Below are positions 48,199 to 57,208 of a stretch of DNA of 64,000 nucleotides, piece after piece. Location: the NCBI GenBank assembly GCA_964626635.1, contig CAZVFY010000002.1, positions 72,415 through 136,414 of the forward strand. The letters are read 5' to 3'. The DNA comes from an uncultured Candidatus Saccharibacteria bacterium (lineage in GTDB: Bacteria > Patescibacteriota > Minisyncoccia > Phycocordibacterales > UBA918). How positions within the stretch are numbered: the stretch's first letter is position 1; each line of letters begins with the position of its first letter. Both the position numbers and the translations under genes were made by a program. A model generated the notes under the pieces. That model was given only the letters and a program-made list of their open reading frames with translations. It did not search any database and was not told where the DNA came from.

Positions 48199-49347
48199 AT
48201 GAATTACGGTTACTTGTTTTTAGCGCTCATCTTATTTTTGTTATTTACCGTGGGATCGTCTCTCGCAATATTTTTAGTTGTGCTATTTGTGCTCATCCTG
48301 GTGCACGAATGGGGGCATTACATCACGGCCAAGAAAACTGGCATGCGAGTTGACGAATTTGGGATTGGCTTTCCGCCGAAATTATTCGGGGTCAAAAAGG
48401 GTGAGACCGAGTACACCTTTAACGCGCTGCCAATTGGCGGATTTGTGCGGATTTATGGCGAAAACTCTGAAGACGACCGGCCAGACGATGCGCCACGCGC
48501 GTTCAATAACCGTCCGAAATGGGCGCAGGCAGTCGTGCTACTCGCTGGGGTGACTATGAACGTACTGCTGGCGTGGGTACTGTTTTTTGCGACGTTTTTG
48601 ATCGGTGTACCAACGCTAATAGAAGATGAATCGACCGCCGGACCAGACGCACAACTGCTTGTGCAGGGCGTATTGCCGGATGGCCCGGCCGCGAACGTGC
48701 TGCCGCTTGGGAGCGTGATCACTGGTGCGACAGCAGGCGACCAGTCACTCGATACACTGACGCCGAGCGCCCTCACCGCATTTGTAAATGACAATCCAGA
48801 CTCTGTCATTACCATTGGTTACAAACGCGGTGGCGAGACAGACACCGTGTCTATAACGCCAGTCACCGGACTGTCTGCTGATGATCCAGCACGCGCGCTC
48901 ATCGGAATACAGCCAGCACTGATCGAAACCCAGTCACTCGGGATCACTCGCGCCTTCACCGAATCTATCAGCCAGACTATTACAGCGACTGGCCAGATTG
49001 TCACTGGACTGACCGACTTGATCGTCGGCAGTATCCAGGGAACGGCTGATTACTCGCAGATTGCCGGGCCGGTCGGGATCGTAGGACTCGTAGGGGATGC
49101 TGCGTCGATTGGGATTGTGGCACTCCTCACGTTCACTGCCTTTATTTCACTCAATTTAGCAGTGATTAATTTGCTGCCGTTTCCAGCCCTTGACGGTGGA
49201 CGGTTAGTGTTTGTCGCTGTCGAAGCCATCACCGGCAAAACCATTCCCGCCGATTGGGCCGGCCGACTGAACCTCGTCGGGTTTGCGTTCTTGCTGCTGC
49301 TAATGGTGGCGGTAACGTACAACGATATTATTAGACTCTTCAGTTGA
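48199..49347 (+). CDS. rseP: RIP site-2 metalloprotease (RseP family)
   Basis: HExxH in TM1 (LVHEWGHYITAK), a PDZ-like middle region and a C-terminal LDGG motif. Confidence 0.8.
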   Translation: MNYGYLFLALILFLLFTVGSSLAIFLVVLFVLILVHEWGHYITAKKTGMRVDEFGIGFPPKLFGVKKGETEYTFNALPIGGFVRIYGENSEDDRPDDAPRAFNNRPKWAQAVVLLAGVTMNVLLAWVLFFATFLIGVPTLIEDESTAGPDAQLLVQGVLPDGPAANVLPLGSVITGATAGDQSLDTLTPSALTAFVNDNPDSVITIGYKRGGETDTVSITPVTGLSADDPARALIGIQPALIETQSLGITRAFTESISQTITATGQIVTGLTDLIVGSIQGTADYSQIAGPVGIVGLVGDAASIGIVALLTFTAFISLNLAVINLLPFPALDGGRLVFVAVEAITGKTIPADWAGRLNLVGFAFLLLLMVAVTYNDIIRLFS

Positions 49348-49374
49348 TGAGTATCCAACCACCAACAAAACTGT

Positions 49375-50640
49375 ATGCGACAATCTCAACTATTTACCAA
49401 AACGCAAAAGGAAGCCCCGAGTGACGAGACTGCGCGGAACGCGCAACTACTCATTCGCGCTGGCTATATTCACAAAGAAATGGCCGGTGTATATCAACTA
49501 TTGCCACTTGGTCTCATGGTAGTGCAAAATATCAAACAGATCGTCCGCGAAGAAATGACCGCACTCGGCACCAACGAACTACTGGCCACTAATCTACAAC
49601 CAAAAGAATTATGGGAGCGCACTGACCGCTGGAGTAGCGACCAGGTTGATGTATGGTTTAAATCTGACCTGCAGGCCGGTGGTGAGGTCGGGCTAGCCTG
49701 GAGCCACGAAGAGCCGCTTGGCAATATGATGAAGAATCACATTGCTTCATACAAAGACTTGCCGCTGGCGGTCTATCAATTCCAAAACAAATTACGCAAC
49801 GAGGTCCGCGCTAAAAGCGGCATGATGCGCGGGCGCGAATTTATTATGAAAGATGCGTACAGCTTTGCAGCGACCGAAGCACAGCACAACGATTTCTATG
49901 ACCGCTGCAAGGAGGCGTATATGAAATGTTTTGAGCGGATGGGCGTGGGTGATGACACGTACGTCACGTTTGCGGCTGGTGGTTCATTTACGGCTTTCTC
50001 GCACGAATTTCAGACTGTGTGTGAGGCTGGCGAAGATGTGACGTACATCGCTAAGGACAAAGGCGTCGCCATTAATGAAGAAGTGTTAGATACGGCCGAC
50101 CTAGATGAACTAGGCGTAACACGCGACGAGCTCGTGCCCACCAAAACCGCTGAGGTTGGTAATATCTTTAATTTCGGTCGCACCAAAGGGGAGGAAGTCG
50201 GGTTGTTTTTTAAAGACGAAACTGGTGAACGTGTACCAGTGTGGATGGGGTCCTACGGTATCGGCATCACTCGCATGATGGGTGTATTGGTCGAGAAATT
50301 TGCCGATGAGAAAGGCATCGTCTGGCCCGAGAGTGTTGCGCCATACCAGGTGCACTTAGTGGCGCTCAACACTGATGACGCAGAACTGCGTGACTGGGCC
50401 GAGGGAATCTACACGGCACTGCGCCGGCGCGGTGTGACAGTGTTGTTCGATGATCGGGATGCCAGGCCGGGTGAGAAATTTGCTGACAGCGATTTGCTCG
50501 GAATGCCCTACCGCGTTGTAGTCAGCCGCAAAGGCAAGGAAGCCGGCATATTCGAAGTTGTCACCCGCGCGACAGGCGACACTAGGCACCTGACCGAGCA
50601 AGAACTGTACGATGATTTTGCCCCAAACACAGCCGCGTAG
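49375..50640 (+). CDS. proS: Proline--tRNA ligase (short bacterial form without editing insertion)
   Basis: N-terminus QSQLFTKTQKEAPSDETARNAQLLIRAGYI..GVYQLLPLG. Class II motifs. 421 aa. Confidence 0.85.
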   Translation: MRQSQLFTKTQKEAPSDETARNAQLLIRAGYIHKEMAGVYQLLPLGLMVVQNIKQIVREEMTALGTNELLATNLQPKELWERTDRWSSDQVDVWFKSDLQAGGEVGLAWSHEEPLGNMMKNHIASYKDLPLAVYQFQNKLRNEVRAKSGMMRGREFIMKDAYSFAATEAQHNDFYDRCKEAYMKCFERMGVGDDTYVTFAAGGSFTAFSHEFQTVCEAGEDVTYIAKDKGVAINEEVLDTADLDELGVTRDELVPTKTAEVGNIFNFGRTKGEEVGLFFKDETGERVPVWMGSYGIGITRMMGVLVEKFADEKGIVWPESVAPYQVHLVALNTDDAELRDWAEGIYTALRRRGVTVLFDDRDARPGEKFADSDLLGMPYRVVVSRKGKEAGIFEVVTRATGDTRHLTEQELYDDFAPNTAA

Positions 50641-50652
50641 TACAATGGCAGC

Positions 50653-51726
50653 ATGAAGCGTCGCTGGCCTATTCTAGACTCTGTATTTGGTACGCTTTCG
50701 ACTGATATCGCTGTCGACCTAGGGACTGCCAACACGTTGGTATATGTCAAAGGCAAAGGTATTATTCTAAACGAGCCAACGATTGTGGCACTCAATAAAA
50801 AAACCGGTCAAATTGTCGCCGTCGGCACCGAGGCCAAATCAATGCAAGGTCGAACGCCACAACACATTGAGGTAGTCCGACCACTGGTCGACGGCGTTAT
50901 TTCCGATTTTGAGGTCGCCGAGGAATTATTCACGTACCTCATCAACAAGGTCCGCAGTGACGTCCGGATGATCGTCCCGCCGCGCATGTTGGTCGGTGTC
51001 CCGTCTGGTATTACCAATGTCGAGATGCGGGCCGCCGAGGACGCGGCTCGCAACGCTGGTGCCCGCGAAGTGTTTTTGGTCGAAGAACCAGTGGCCGCGG
51101 CCATCGGCGCCAAACTGCCAGTTGGTAAAGCCATGGGCAGCATGATCGTCGACATTGGTGGGGGAACTAGCGATATCGCAGTGCTGTCACTCAATGGATT
51201 AGTCCACTCTAAAAACATCCGGGTGGCTGGAGATCACTTGACCGCTGCCATCGTGACGTATATCCGAGACCAATTCAAGGTCCAAATTGGCGAGAAAACA
51301 GCCGAAGACGCCAAGATCGCGCTGGCGGCTATTTCCGAATCGAAAGACGGCCGCGAGATGGTCGCCCGTGGCCGGGACGTGGTTGGTGGACTGCCGCGTG
51401 AAATAATAATCACTGATACCGACGTGCGAGACGCTGTAGCGCCGCTCGTCGAGAAGATCGTCTCGAATGTTCGCAGTGTGCTGGAATCAACACCACCAGA
51501 GGTAGTGGCAGATATTATGCAGCGCGGTATTTATCTCTCTGGTGGGGGAGCGTTGATTCCTGGTCTCAGTGACCTCCTTGAACACGCGCTTGAGGTGCCA
51601 GTGATTGTCGTGCCTGACCCACTACGGGCAGTCATCCGAGGAGCAGGTATAATTATCGAAGATTTGCCCAACTACCAAGAACTGCTGATTGATCATGAAA
51701 CCACACTTACAACGCAGCTCAACTAA
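50653..51726 (+). CDS. mreB: Rod shape-determining protein MreB (paralog 2)
   Basis: DIAVDLGTANTLVYVKGKGIILNEPT..VDIGGGTSD. Heads an mreC-mreD-like-PBP2 cluster. Confidence 0.85.
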   Translation: MKRRWPILDSVFGTLSTDIAVDLGTANTLVYVKGKGIILNEPTIVALNKKTGQIVAVGTEAKSMQGRTPQHIEVVRPLVDGVISDFEVAEELFTYLINKVRSDVRMIVPPRMLVGVPSGITNVEMRAAEDAARNAGAREVFLVEEPVAAAIGAKLPVGKAMGSMIVDIGGGTSDIAVLSLNGLVHSKNIRVAGDHLTAAIVTYIRDQFKVQIGEKTAEDAKIALAAISESKDGREMVARGRDVVGGLPREIIITDTDVRDAVAPLVEKIVSNVRSVLESTPPEVVADIMQRGIYLSGGGALIPGLSDLLEHALEVPVIVVPDPLRAVIRGAGIIIEDLPNYQELLIDHETTLTTQLN

Positions 51727-52645
51727 AAAGAAGCGCCAAGTGGTAAAAGTTACCCTGCTCGTCGTGGTGGGTGGGCTGCTGCTGTCAACCGTATTGCCGG
51801 GCGTATTTAATGCAATCGGTAGCGTGGTCGTGTATCCGGTGGCTCGAGTCGCCGAATGGGTGTCGACTACTGACCAGACCATCCCGGTCTTATGGCGGGA
51901 CAAGCTCGCCATGCAAGAAGAAATCAATGAACTGCAACAGCAAATCGAAACTGGCCGCACGGCAGTGACAGTTGCCCGTTTAGAGGAAGAGAACGACCGT
52001 CTGCGCGCCATGCTACAGGCGACCAGCAGCCCGCTACTGGCCGCCGGAGTCGTCGCTGGTCCAGATCAGCTACCGTATGACTTACTGCAAATTGATCAGG
52101 GCACCCAAGACGGGGTGGTGCTGTATGCACCGGTATACAGCAATGCCGATACGCTGATCGGTATGGTGAGTGCGGTGTACCGACAGTACGCTATTGTCAC
52201 ACTGTTTAGCGCCCCGAGGATCGAGAGTCGCGGGTATTTAGCGGGGCCTGATCTGCTATTGGCGTACAGTGGGATCGGTGGCGGGGTTATGCGCGTATCA
52301 GTGCCACAAGGAGTGGTGGTGCGCAAAGGTGATGTGTTGTACGCGCCAATCATTGATCCGGGTGTACTGGGGCAGGTGGTATCGATCGAGACCAGCCCGA
52401 CTGATGCTGAGCAGTTTGCGTACGTAATAGCGCCACACAATATTCGCTCGTTGCGGTACGTGACTGTCGGCGATAACCCGCTACCACCGAGCGTGGTCGA
52501 GTCAGAGGTGGTTGACAATATTGATAGGATTAATCAGCGATTACAAGTGCCCCTATTGCAACTAGCGACCGCGACGTCAACTGCCACGACCTCTGACAGC
52601 GGCACGGCGACCACTACGAACGCCACCAGCAGTGAATCTATATGA
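51689..52645 (+). CDS. mreC: Rod shape-determining protein MreC
   Basis: N-terminal TM, then a coiled coil (LAMQEEINELQQQIE..LEEENDRLRA), then a beta-rich domain. A start at 51695 is possible, overlapping the mreB2 3' end. Confidence 0.65.
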   Translation: MIMKPHLQRSSTKKKRQVVKVTLLVVVGGLLLSTVLPGVFNAIGSVVVYPVARVAEWVSTTDQTIPVLWRDKLAMQEEINELQQQIETGRTAVTVARLEEENDRLRAMLQATSSPLLAAGVVAGPDQLPYDLLQIDQGTQDGVVLYAPVYSNADTLIGMVSAVYRQYAIVTLFSAPRIESRGYLAGPDLLLAYSGIGGGVMRVSVPQGVVVRKGDVLYAPIIDPGVLGQVVSIETSPTDAEQFAYVIAPHNIRSLRYVTVGDNPLPPSVVESEVVDNIDRINQRLQVPLLQLATATSTATTSDSGTATTTNATSSESI

Positions 52646-52914
52646 CCCGAACGTTTCTGTTATTATTTCTATTTTTAGTCAGTATTCTCGAGGGATGGCT
52701 ATTATTGTCGGTGCTAGCCGCGACTTGGTATGGCTACTGGTATCCGGCGTGGGGGTTGTTTGTTGTAACGATACTAGTGGACGGGTACGTGGGACAGTTT
52801 GGGCATGGACAATGGCCAATACTCAGTATGGCGGTGGGTGGATTTGTGATTTTGTTAGAAATCCTTAAAATGTACTTACGTGGTACGGCAGCTGCGCCAA
52901 AAGCAACTGCTTAA
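52642..52914 (+). CDS. Small 3-TM membrane protein (possible MreD-like)
   Basis: Position between mreC and PBP2. 90 aa, hydrophobic. Shorter than typical MreD. Confidence 0.35.
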   Translation: MTRTFLLLFLFLVSILEGWLLLSVLAATWYGYWYPAWGLFVVTILVDGYVGQFGHGQWPILSMAVGGFVILLEILKMYLRGTAAAPKATA

Positions 52915-52920
52915 TAACAA

Positions 52921-54669
52921 ATGAAACATAATCGACCCAATCACCAAGTGTCCATTGATGAGGTATTGTTAGATGCTACGAACGTCAATGATTTAGACCA
53001 TGAACGGTTTGAGGGCAAGCGTGAGACCAAAATACCTAAACGCAACGTCCGACTGGTTTGGGTCGTCTTCTTATGTGTTGGCGCAGGGTTTTTATATCAG
53101 TTAATTGAGCTCCAAATTGTATCCGGCGCTGAGTTTCGCACGATCGCCGAGAACAACCAGGTCGACGAAGCAGTTATCATCGCTGAGCGCGGTGTGGTGG
53201 TTGATCGTAATGGAGAACCGATGATCTGGAACGAACGAGATGAGACAGGTGAGTATGATTTTCCAATCAGGGCGTACACTGATCGGGCTGGGTTGGGGCA
53301 GGTGCTGGGGTATGTCAGTTACCCCAAGCGTGATAGTAGTGGAGTGTTTTTCCGAACTGAATACGTTGGGCGTAACGGAGTCGAGGCGGCCTACGAAGAC
53401 GTACTGCGTGGCACAAATGGTACCAAACTGATTGAGGTTGACGCCAAGCAGGCAGTCGTCAGCGAGCACGCGATCGCCGCCCCAACGCCAGGCGGGCAAC
53501 TGCAGTTATCGATCGACGCCGAGCTGTCTGAAGCGATGTACGATATCATCGCGACCAGCAGTGCGGCGGCGGGGTTTCGTAGTGGTGCTGGCGCTATAAT
53601 GAATGTGCACACTGGCGAGCTGATCGCGCTGACGAGCTTTCCGTCGTATGACCCTGAAGTGATGGCTGATGGTGATGATGTGGCTCTCATTAATGAATAC
53701 AACAACGATGAGCGACTACCGTTCCTTAATAAAGTCATCGGTGGCGCGTACACCCCGGGATCGATTGTCAAACCATTCGTCGCGTACGCCGCCCTCAGAG
53801 AGCGAGTGCTGTCGGAAGACACACAGATGTACAGCAATGGGACACTGGTCATCCCGAACCGGTATAACCCATCAAACCCATCGTATTTCAATGACTGGCG
53901 CTCGCACGGACAAATGACTGTCCGCGAAGCGATCGCGTATTCATCTAACATCTACTTTTATGTCGCTGGCGGTGGTTTGCCGGACTATGCCGCCCCCCAG
54001 GCCGGCTTACAGTCCGGCATCCCCGGCCTCGGCATCACCAAAATGGCCGAACACTACCGCGCTTTTGGCCTTGGTACTACTACTGGTATCAACCTTGCCC
54101 AGGAACAAGCTGGGGTGGTGCCAGATCCAGCTTGGAAACGAGCGACGTTCGATGATGATTGGCGCCTCGGTGACACGTATTTTACTGCCATTGGCCAGTT
54201 TGGGTTCCTGACCACGCCGATCCAGATGTTACGCGCCTACAGCGCACTTGCAAGTGGTGGCACGCTGGTGCGGCCCCACGTCAATATTGGTCAGATCCTC
54301 GAAACCGAGACGGTTGAGTTAGATCCAGCCATCGTGCAAATCGTCCATGAGGGTATGCGCAAAACCGTCAATTTCCCAGGCGGCACGGCGCGCGCGCTCG
54401 AGCGAGATGACGTAGCGATCGCAGCTAAATCGGGTACGGCCGAGATCGGCGCTGGCAACGCCTACGTCAATTCATGGGCAGCGGGCTTCTGGCCATACGA
54501 GGAGCCGCAGTATGCATTTATTTTGATGATGGATCGCGCCCCACGCAGCAATAGTCTCGGCGCTACGCGGATTATGGGTGACGTGGTGGAATGGATGAGC
54601 GAGTACCGGCCCGAGTATCTCAGTATTAACGCTGCCACTACCACGGAAACTATAGCCACAATCGAGTAA
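52921..54669 (+). CDS. mrdA: Penicillin-binding protein 2 (elongasome transpeptidase)
   Basis: SxxK (GSIVKP), SxN (YSSNIYF), KSG (KSGTAE). N-terminal TM plus dimerisation domain. Confidence 0.8.
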   Translation: MKHNRPNHQVSIDEVLLDATNVNDLDHERFEGKRETKIPKRNVRLVWVVFLCVGAGFLYQLIELQIVSGAEFRTIAENNQVDEAVIIAERGVVVDRNGEPMIWNERDETGEYDFPIRAYTDRAGLGQVLGYVSYPKRDSSGVFFRTEYVGRNGVEAAYEDVLRGTNGTKLIEVDAKQAVVSEHAIAAPTPGGQLQLSIDAELSEAMYDIIATSSAAAGFRSGAGAIMNVHTGELIALTSFPSYDPEVMADGDDVALINEYNNDERLPFLNKVIGGAYTPGSIVKPFVAYAALRERVLSEDTQMYSNGTLVIPNRYNPSNPSYFNDWRSHGQMTVREAIAYSSNIYFYVAGGGLPDYAAPQAGLQSGIPGLGITKMAEHYRAFGLGTTTGINLAQEQAGVVPDPAWKRATFDDDWRLGDTYFTAIGQFGFLTTPIQMLRAYSALASGGTLVRPHVNIGQILETETVELDPAIVQIVHEGMRKTVNFPGGTARALERDDVAIAAKSGTAEIGAGNAYVNSWAAGFWPYEEPQYAFILMMDRAPRSNSLGATRIMGDVVEWMSEYRPEYLSINAATTTETIATIE

Positions 54670-54676
54670 TCCACAT

Positions 54677-54704
54677 TTGACCCTTGCGCGGATGTGTATA
54701 TAAT
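54677..54704 (+). promoter_or_regulatory. Sigma70-like promoter TTGACC-16-TATAAT upstream of greA
   Basis: -35 at 54677-54682, -10 at 54699-54704, ATG at 54727. Confidence 0.5.
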
Positions 54705-54726
54705 TACGAAAAATAACTTTCGCAGT

Positions 54727-55197
54727 ATGTCAGACCAACAATCGTTCCTTACCCAAGCAAAATTCGATGAACTAAAAAAAGAACTCGAACACCTCAAAAC
54801 CGTCCGCCGCAAAGAAGTAGCCGAGTCGCTCGAATACGCCCGCAGCCTCGGTGACCTGTCGGAGAACGCCGAATACCAAGAGGCGCGTGACATGCAGGCA
54901 GCGATCGAGGAACGCATCACATACCTCGAGAAAACAATCAAGGAATCAACGATTGTTTCTGACAAGAAAAAAGGTGATGTCATTGGGCTTGGATCGGTTG
55001 TCACAATCCAGAAAGACAAAGATAAGGACAAGCGAGAATACACCATCGTAGGATCAGACGAAGCTAATATTCACGAACGTAAACTATCCTACCTATCGCC
55101 ACTCGGTGAGGCACTGATGGGCAAGACCAAGGGTGACGCATTTGATTTTGATACGCCAGTCGGCAAACAGAAGTATAAGGTTCTGACAGTCGGATAG
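54727..55197 (+). CDS. greA: Transcription elongation factor GreA
   Basis: Start at MSDQQSFLTQAKFDELKKELEHLK. Coiled-coil N-terminal domain plus FKBP-like C-terminal domain. Confidence 0.85.
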   Translation: MSDQQSFLTQAKFDELKKELEHLKTVRRKEVAESLEYARSLGDLSENAEYQEARDMQAAIEERITYLEKTIKESTIVSDKKKGDVIGLGSVVTIQKDKDKDKREYTIVGSDEANIHERKLSYLSPLGEALMGKTKGDAFDFDTPVGKQKYKVLTVG

Positions 55198-55199
55198 TC

Positions 55200-56666
55200 A
55201 TGTCTGACGACCAGTCACAACCAGAATCTAGCGACGTCCACGCGGAGCGTACGCGTATCCTTGCTCAAGCAGTCGCAGCTGGACATGATCCGTACCCAGC
55301 TAGTACCGACCAAACGCACACCATCGCAGCATTTCTCGAACAGTTCGAGTCGCTCGGTGAATCGATTAGTGTAACCTTGGTCGGACGGGTAATGGCAACG
55401 CGCGAGCATGGCGCGATCGCCTTCTTTGACATATTTGATGGCACGGGTCGCACCCAGGCATTCCTCAGTGTTGAGGCGATGGGACAAGAAGCGTTTGACG
55501 CCTGCCTGTCGTACGTCAGTACAGCCGACTTTATCCAAGTTACTGGCACGCCGTTTTTGAACAAGCGTGGTAAACAAGTCGTACTTGTGACTGACTGGCG
55601 TCTCTTGACCAAAGCGACTGCCAATATGCCAACCGAACATTTCGGTATTAAAGACGAGGACGAACGATTGCGTAAGCGCTACCTAGATCTGCTCCTAAGT
55701 GATGAGCAGCGCGAGCTGTTCGTTCAGAAAGCCAAGTTCTGGGACGTCACGAGGACCTTTATGAAAGAACGTGGCTTCCTAGAGGTCGAGACGCCATATT
55801 TTGAAACCACTACCGGTGGGGCAGAGGCCAGGCCATTTATTACGCACCACAATGATTTTGGCATTGATGGGTACTTGCGGATCTCGGTCGGTGAGCTGTG
55901 GCAAAAACGCCTCATGGCCGCTGGGTTCCCCAAAACATTCGAGATCGGCAAAGTGTTCCGCAACGAAGGCACTAGTTCCGAACACCTCCAAGAGTTCACC
56001 AACATGGAATTTTACTGGGCGTACGCAGACTACCGTGATGGCATGACGCTGACACGCGATTTGTACATCACGATTGCTCAGGAAGTGTTCGGCACGACCC
56101 AGTTCGAAGTGCGTGGACACTCGTTTGATTTGGCGGATGAGTGGCGCGAGATTCACTATGTCAGCGAGGTGCTTGCGCAAACTGGTATTGATGTCACCAG
56201 CGCCAGCGAGGATGAGATGAAAACAAAATTGAACGAGCTCGGTGTGCAGTACGACGGTGATAATCGCGAGCGTTTGACGGACACACTGTGGAAATACTGC
56301 CGCAAGCATATTGCGGGGCCGGCGTTCCTCGTCAATCACCCGCTACTGGTCGCGCCACTCGCCAAAGCCAATGCTGATGGCCTGACCGCACAAATGTTTC
56401 AGCCGATCATCGCTGGTAGCGAAGTCGGTCGTGGCTACAGCGAGCTGAACGACCCTGATGAGCAACGGCGACGGTTTGAAGTGCAGCAACAGCTACTCGA
56501 TGCGGGGGACGACGAAGCGATGATGCCGGACTGGGAGTTCGTCGAGATGCTCGAACACGGCATGCCACCCACGTGCGGGTTTGGATTTGGCGAGCGATTG
56601 TTTGCATTTTTAGCAGGGAAGTCACTGCGCGAGACGCAGCTGTTTCCACTGGTGAAGCCAAAGTAG
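55200..56666 (+). CDS. lysS: Lysine--tRNA ligase (class II)
   Basis: OB-fold N-terminal domain. Class II motifs FEIGKVFRNEG and GFGFGERL. Confidence 0.9.
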   Translation: MSDDQSQPESSDVHAERTRILAQAVAAGHDPYPASTDQTHTIAAFLEQFESLGESISVTLVGRVMATREHGAIAFFDIFDGTGRTQAFLSVEAMGQEAFDACLSYVSTADFIQVTGTPFLNKRGKQVVLVTDWRLLTKATANMPTEHFGIKDEDERLRKRYLDLLLSDEQRELFVQKAKFWDVTRTFMKERGFLEVETPYFETTTGGAEARPFITHHNDFGIDGYLRISVGELWQKRLMAAGFPKTFEIGKVFRNEGTSSEHLQEFTNMEFYWAYADYRDGMTLTRDLYITIAQEVFGTTQFEVRGHSFDLADEWREIHYVSEVLAQTGIDVTSASEDEMKTKLNELGVQYDGDNRERLTDTLWKYCRKHIAGPAFLVNHPLLVAPLAKANADGLTAQMFQPIIAGSEVGRGYSELNDPDEQRRRFEVQQQLLDAGDDEAMMPDWEFVEMLEHGMPPTCGFGFGERLFAFLAGKSLRETQLFPLVKPK

Positions 56667-56694
56667 TTGACAAACAATTTAATTCGTGTATAGT
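56667..56694 (+). promoter_or_regulatory. Strong sigma70-like promoter TTGACA-16-TATAGT
   Basis: Perfect -35 TTGACA at 56667-56672 and TATAGT at 56689-56694 with a TG immediately 5'. Starts 1 nt after the lysS stop. Confidence 0.6.
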
Positions 56695-56732
56695 ATAGAC
56701 ATAAGTTCCTCTAGCGCCATAAGGAGATAACC

Positions 56733-56897
56733 ATGGCCAAGCTCCACAAGACCCCGCCGTCCAGCAACAACCGCGCGGCGCGCAAGCGTCGCGAGCGCGA
56801 GGTCAACGCCCGCCGCTACGGCTGCGACATCGACATCCGTCGCGGCGCCCCCGTCGCCGGAACCAGCATCAAGAACTCCAAGGCTCGCGATGGCTAA
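56733..56897 (+). CDS. Mini-gene encoding a 54-aa basic protein, hypothetical; codon usage foreign to this window
   Basis: RBS AAGGAG 6 nt from the ATG. MAKLHKTPPSSNNRAARKRREREVNARRYGCDIDIRRGAPVAGTSIKNSKARDG. Third-codon positions are about 90% G/C. Own promoter and terminator. The 154-aa ORF on the opposite strand looks spurious. Confidence 0.4.
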   Translation: MAKLHKTPPSSNNRAARKRREREVNARRYGCDIDIRRGAPVAGTSIKNSKARDG

Positions 56898-56915
56898 GTC
56901 CTTAAGTTCATCCAC

Positions 56916-56946
56916 CCGCCCCACATCCGACGATGGGGCGGTTTTT
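56916..56946 (+). terminator. Rho-independent terminator
   Basis: CCGCCCCA-catccgacga-TGGGGCGG followed by TTTTT. Confidence 0.65.
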
Positions 56947-56971
56947 CGTTTGTCCCCACACAAATGCAGCA

Positions 56972-57019
56972 AAGTGGGGCAAAGTGGTATATAGTGTAAA
57001 AGTGGTGGGAGATAGTGGT
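56972..57019 (+). promoter_or_regulatory. Array of five direct AAAGTGG-type repeats phased at 10-11 bp (MraZ-box-like operator)
   Basis: AAAGTGG (56971), AAAGTGG (56981), ATAGTGT (56991), AAAGTGG/TGGG (57000-57009) and ATAGTGG (57012-57018), read directly. They sit about 190 nt upstream of mraZ. Confidence 0.55.
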
Positions 57020-57130
57020 ATAGATTCTGGTGTTTGTGTCTAGAATCTATATTGAAATCTCGCACGGATGGATTCTGGTAGCCTCGGCTACACAGGCTGT
57101 CTTGCGATATTTCGGGACGATCAGAGGGGT

Positions 57131-57182
57131 CTTCCGGCGACAATGCAAACCAATCTCCACGAATTGTATTGTCGGCGGAAGG
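57131..57182 (+). other. Long imperfect hairpin in the mraZ 5' leader
   Basis: CTTCCGGCGACAAT ... ATTGTCGGCGGAAGG: 14/15 complementary with one G-G mismatch and a 23-nt loop. Confidence 0.4.
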
Positions 57183-57208
57183 CCGCTTGATCCACCAGTT
57201 TAGTTATT

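Noticed and set aside
56679-57143. 154-aa minus-strand ORF spanning the mini-gene, terminator and MraZ boxes
   Set aside because: It is antisense to a region with a clear promoter, RBS, ORF and terminator on the plus strand. It has no recognisable domain and arises from the GC-rich frame.
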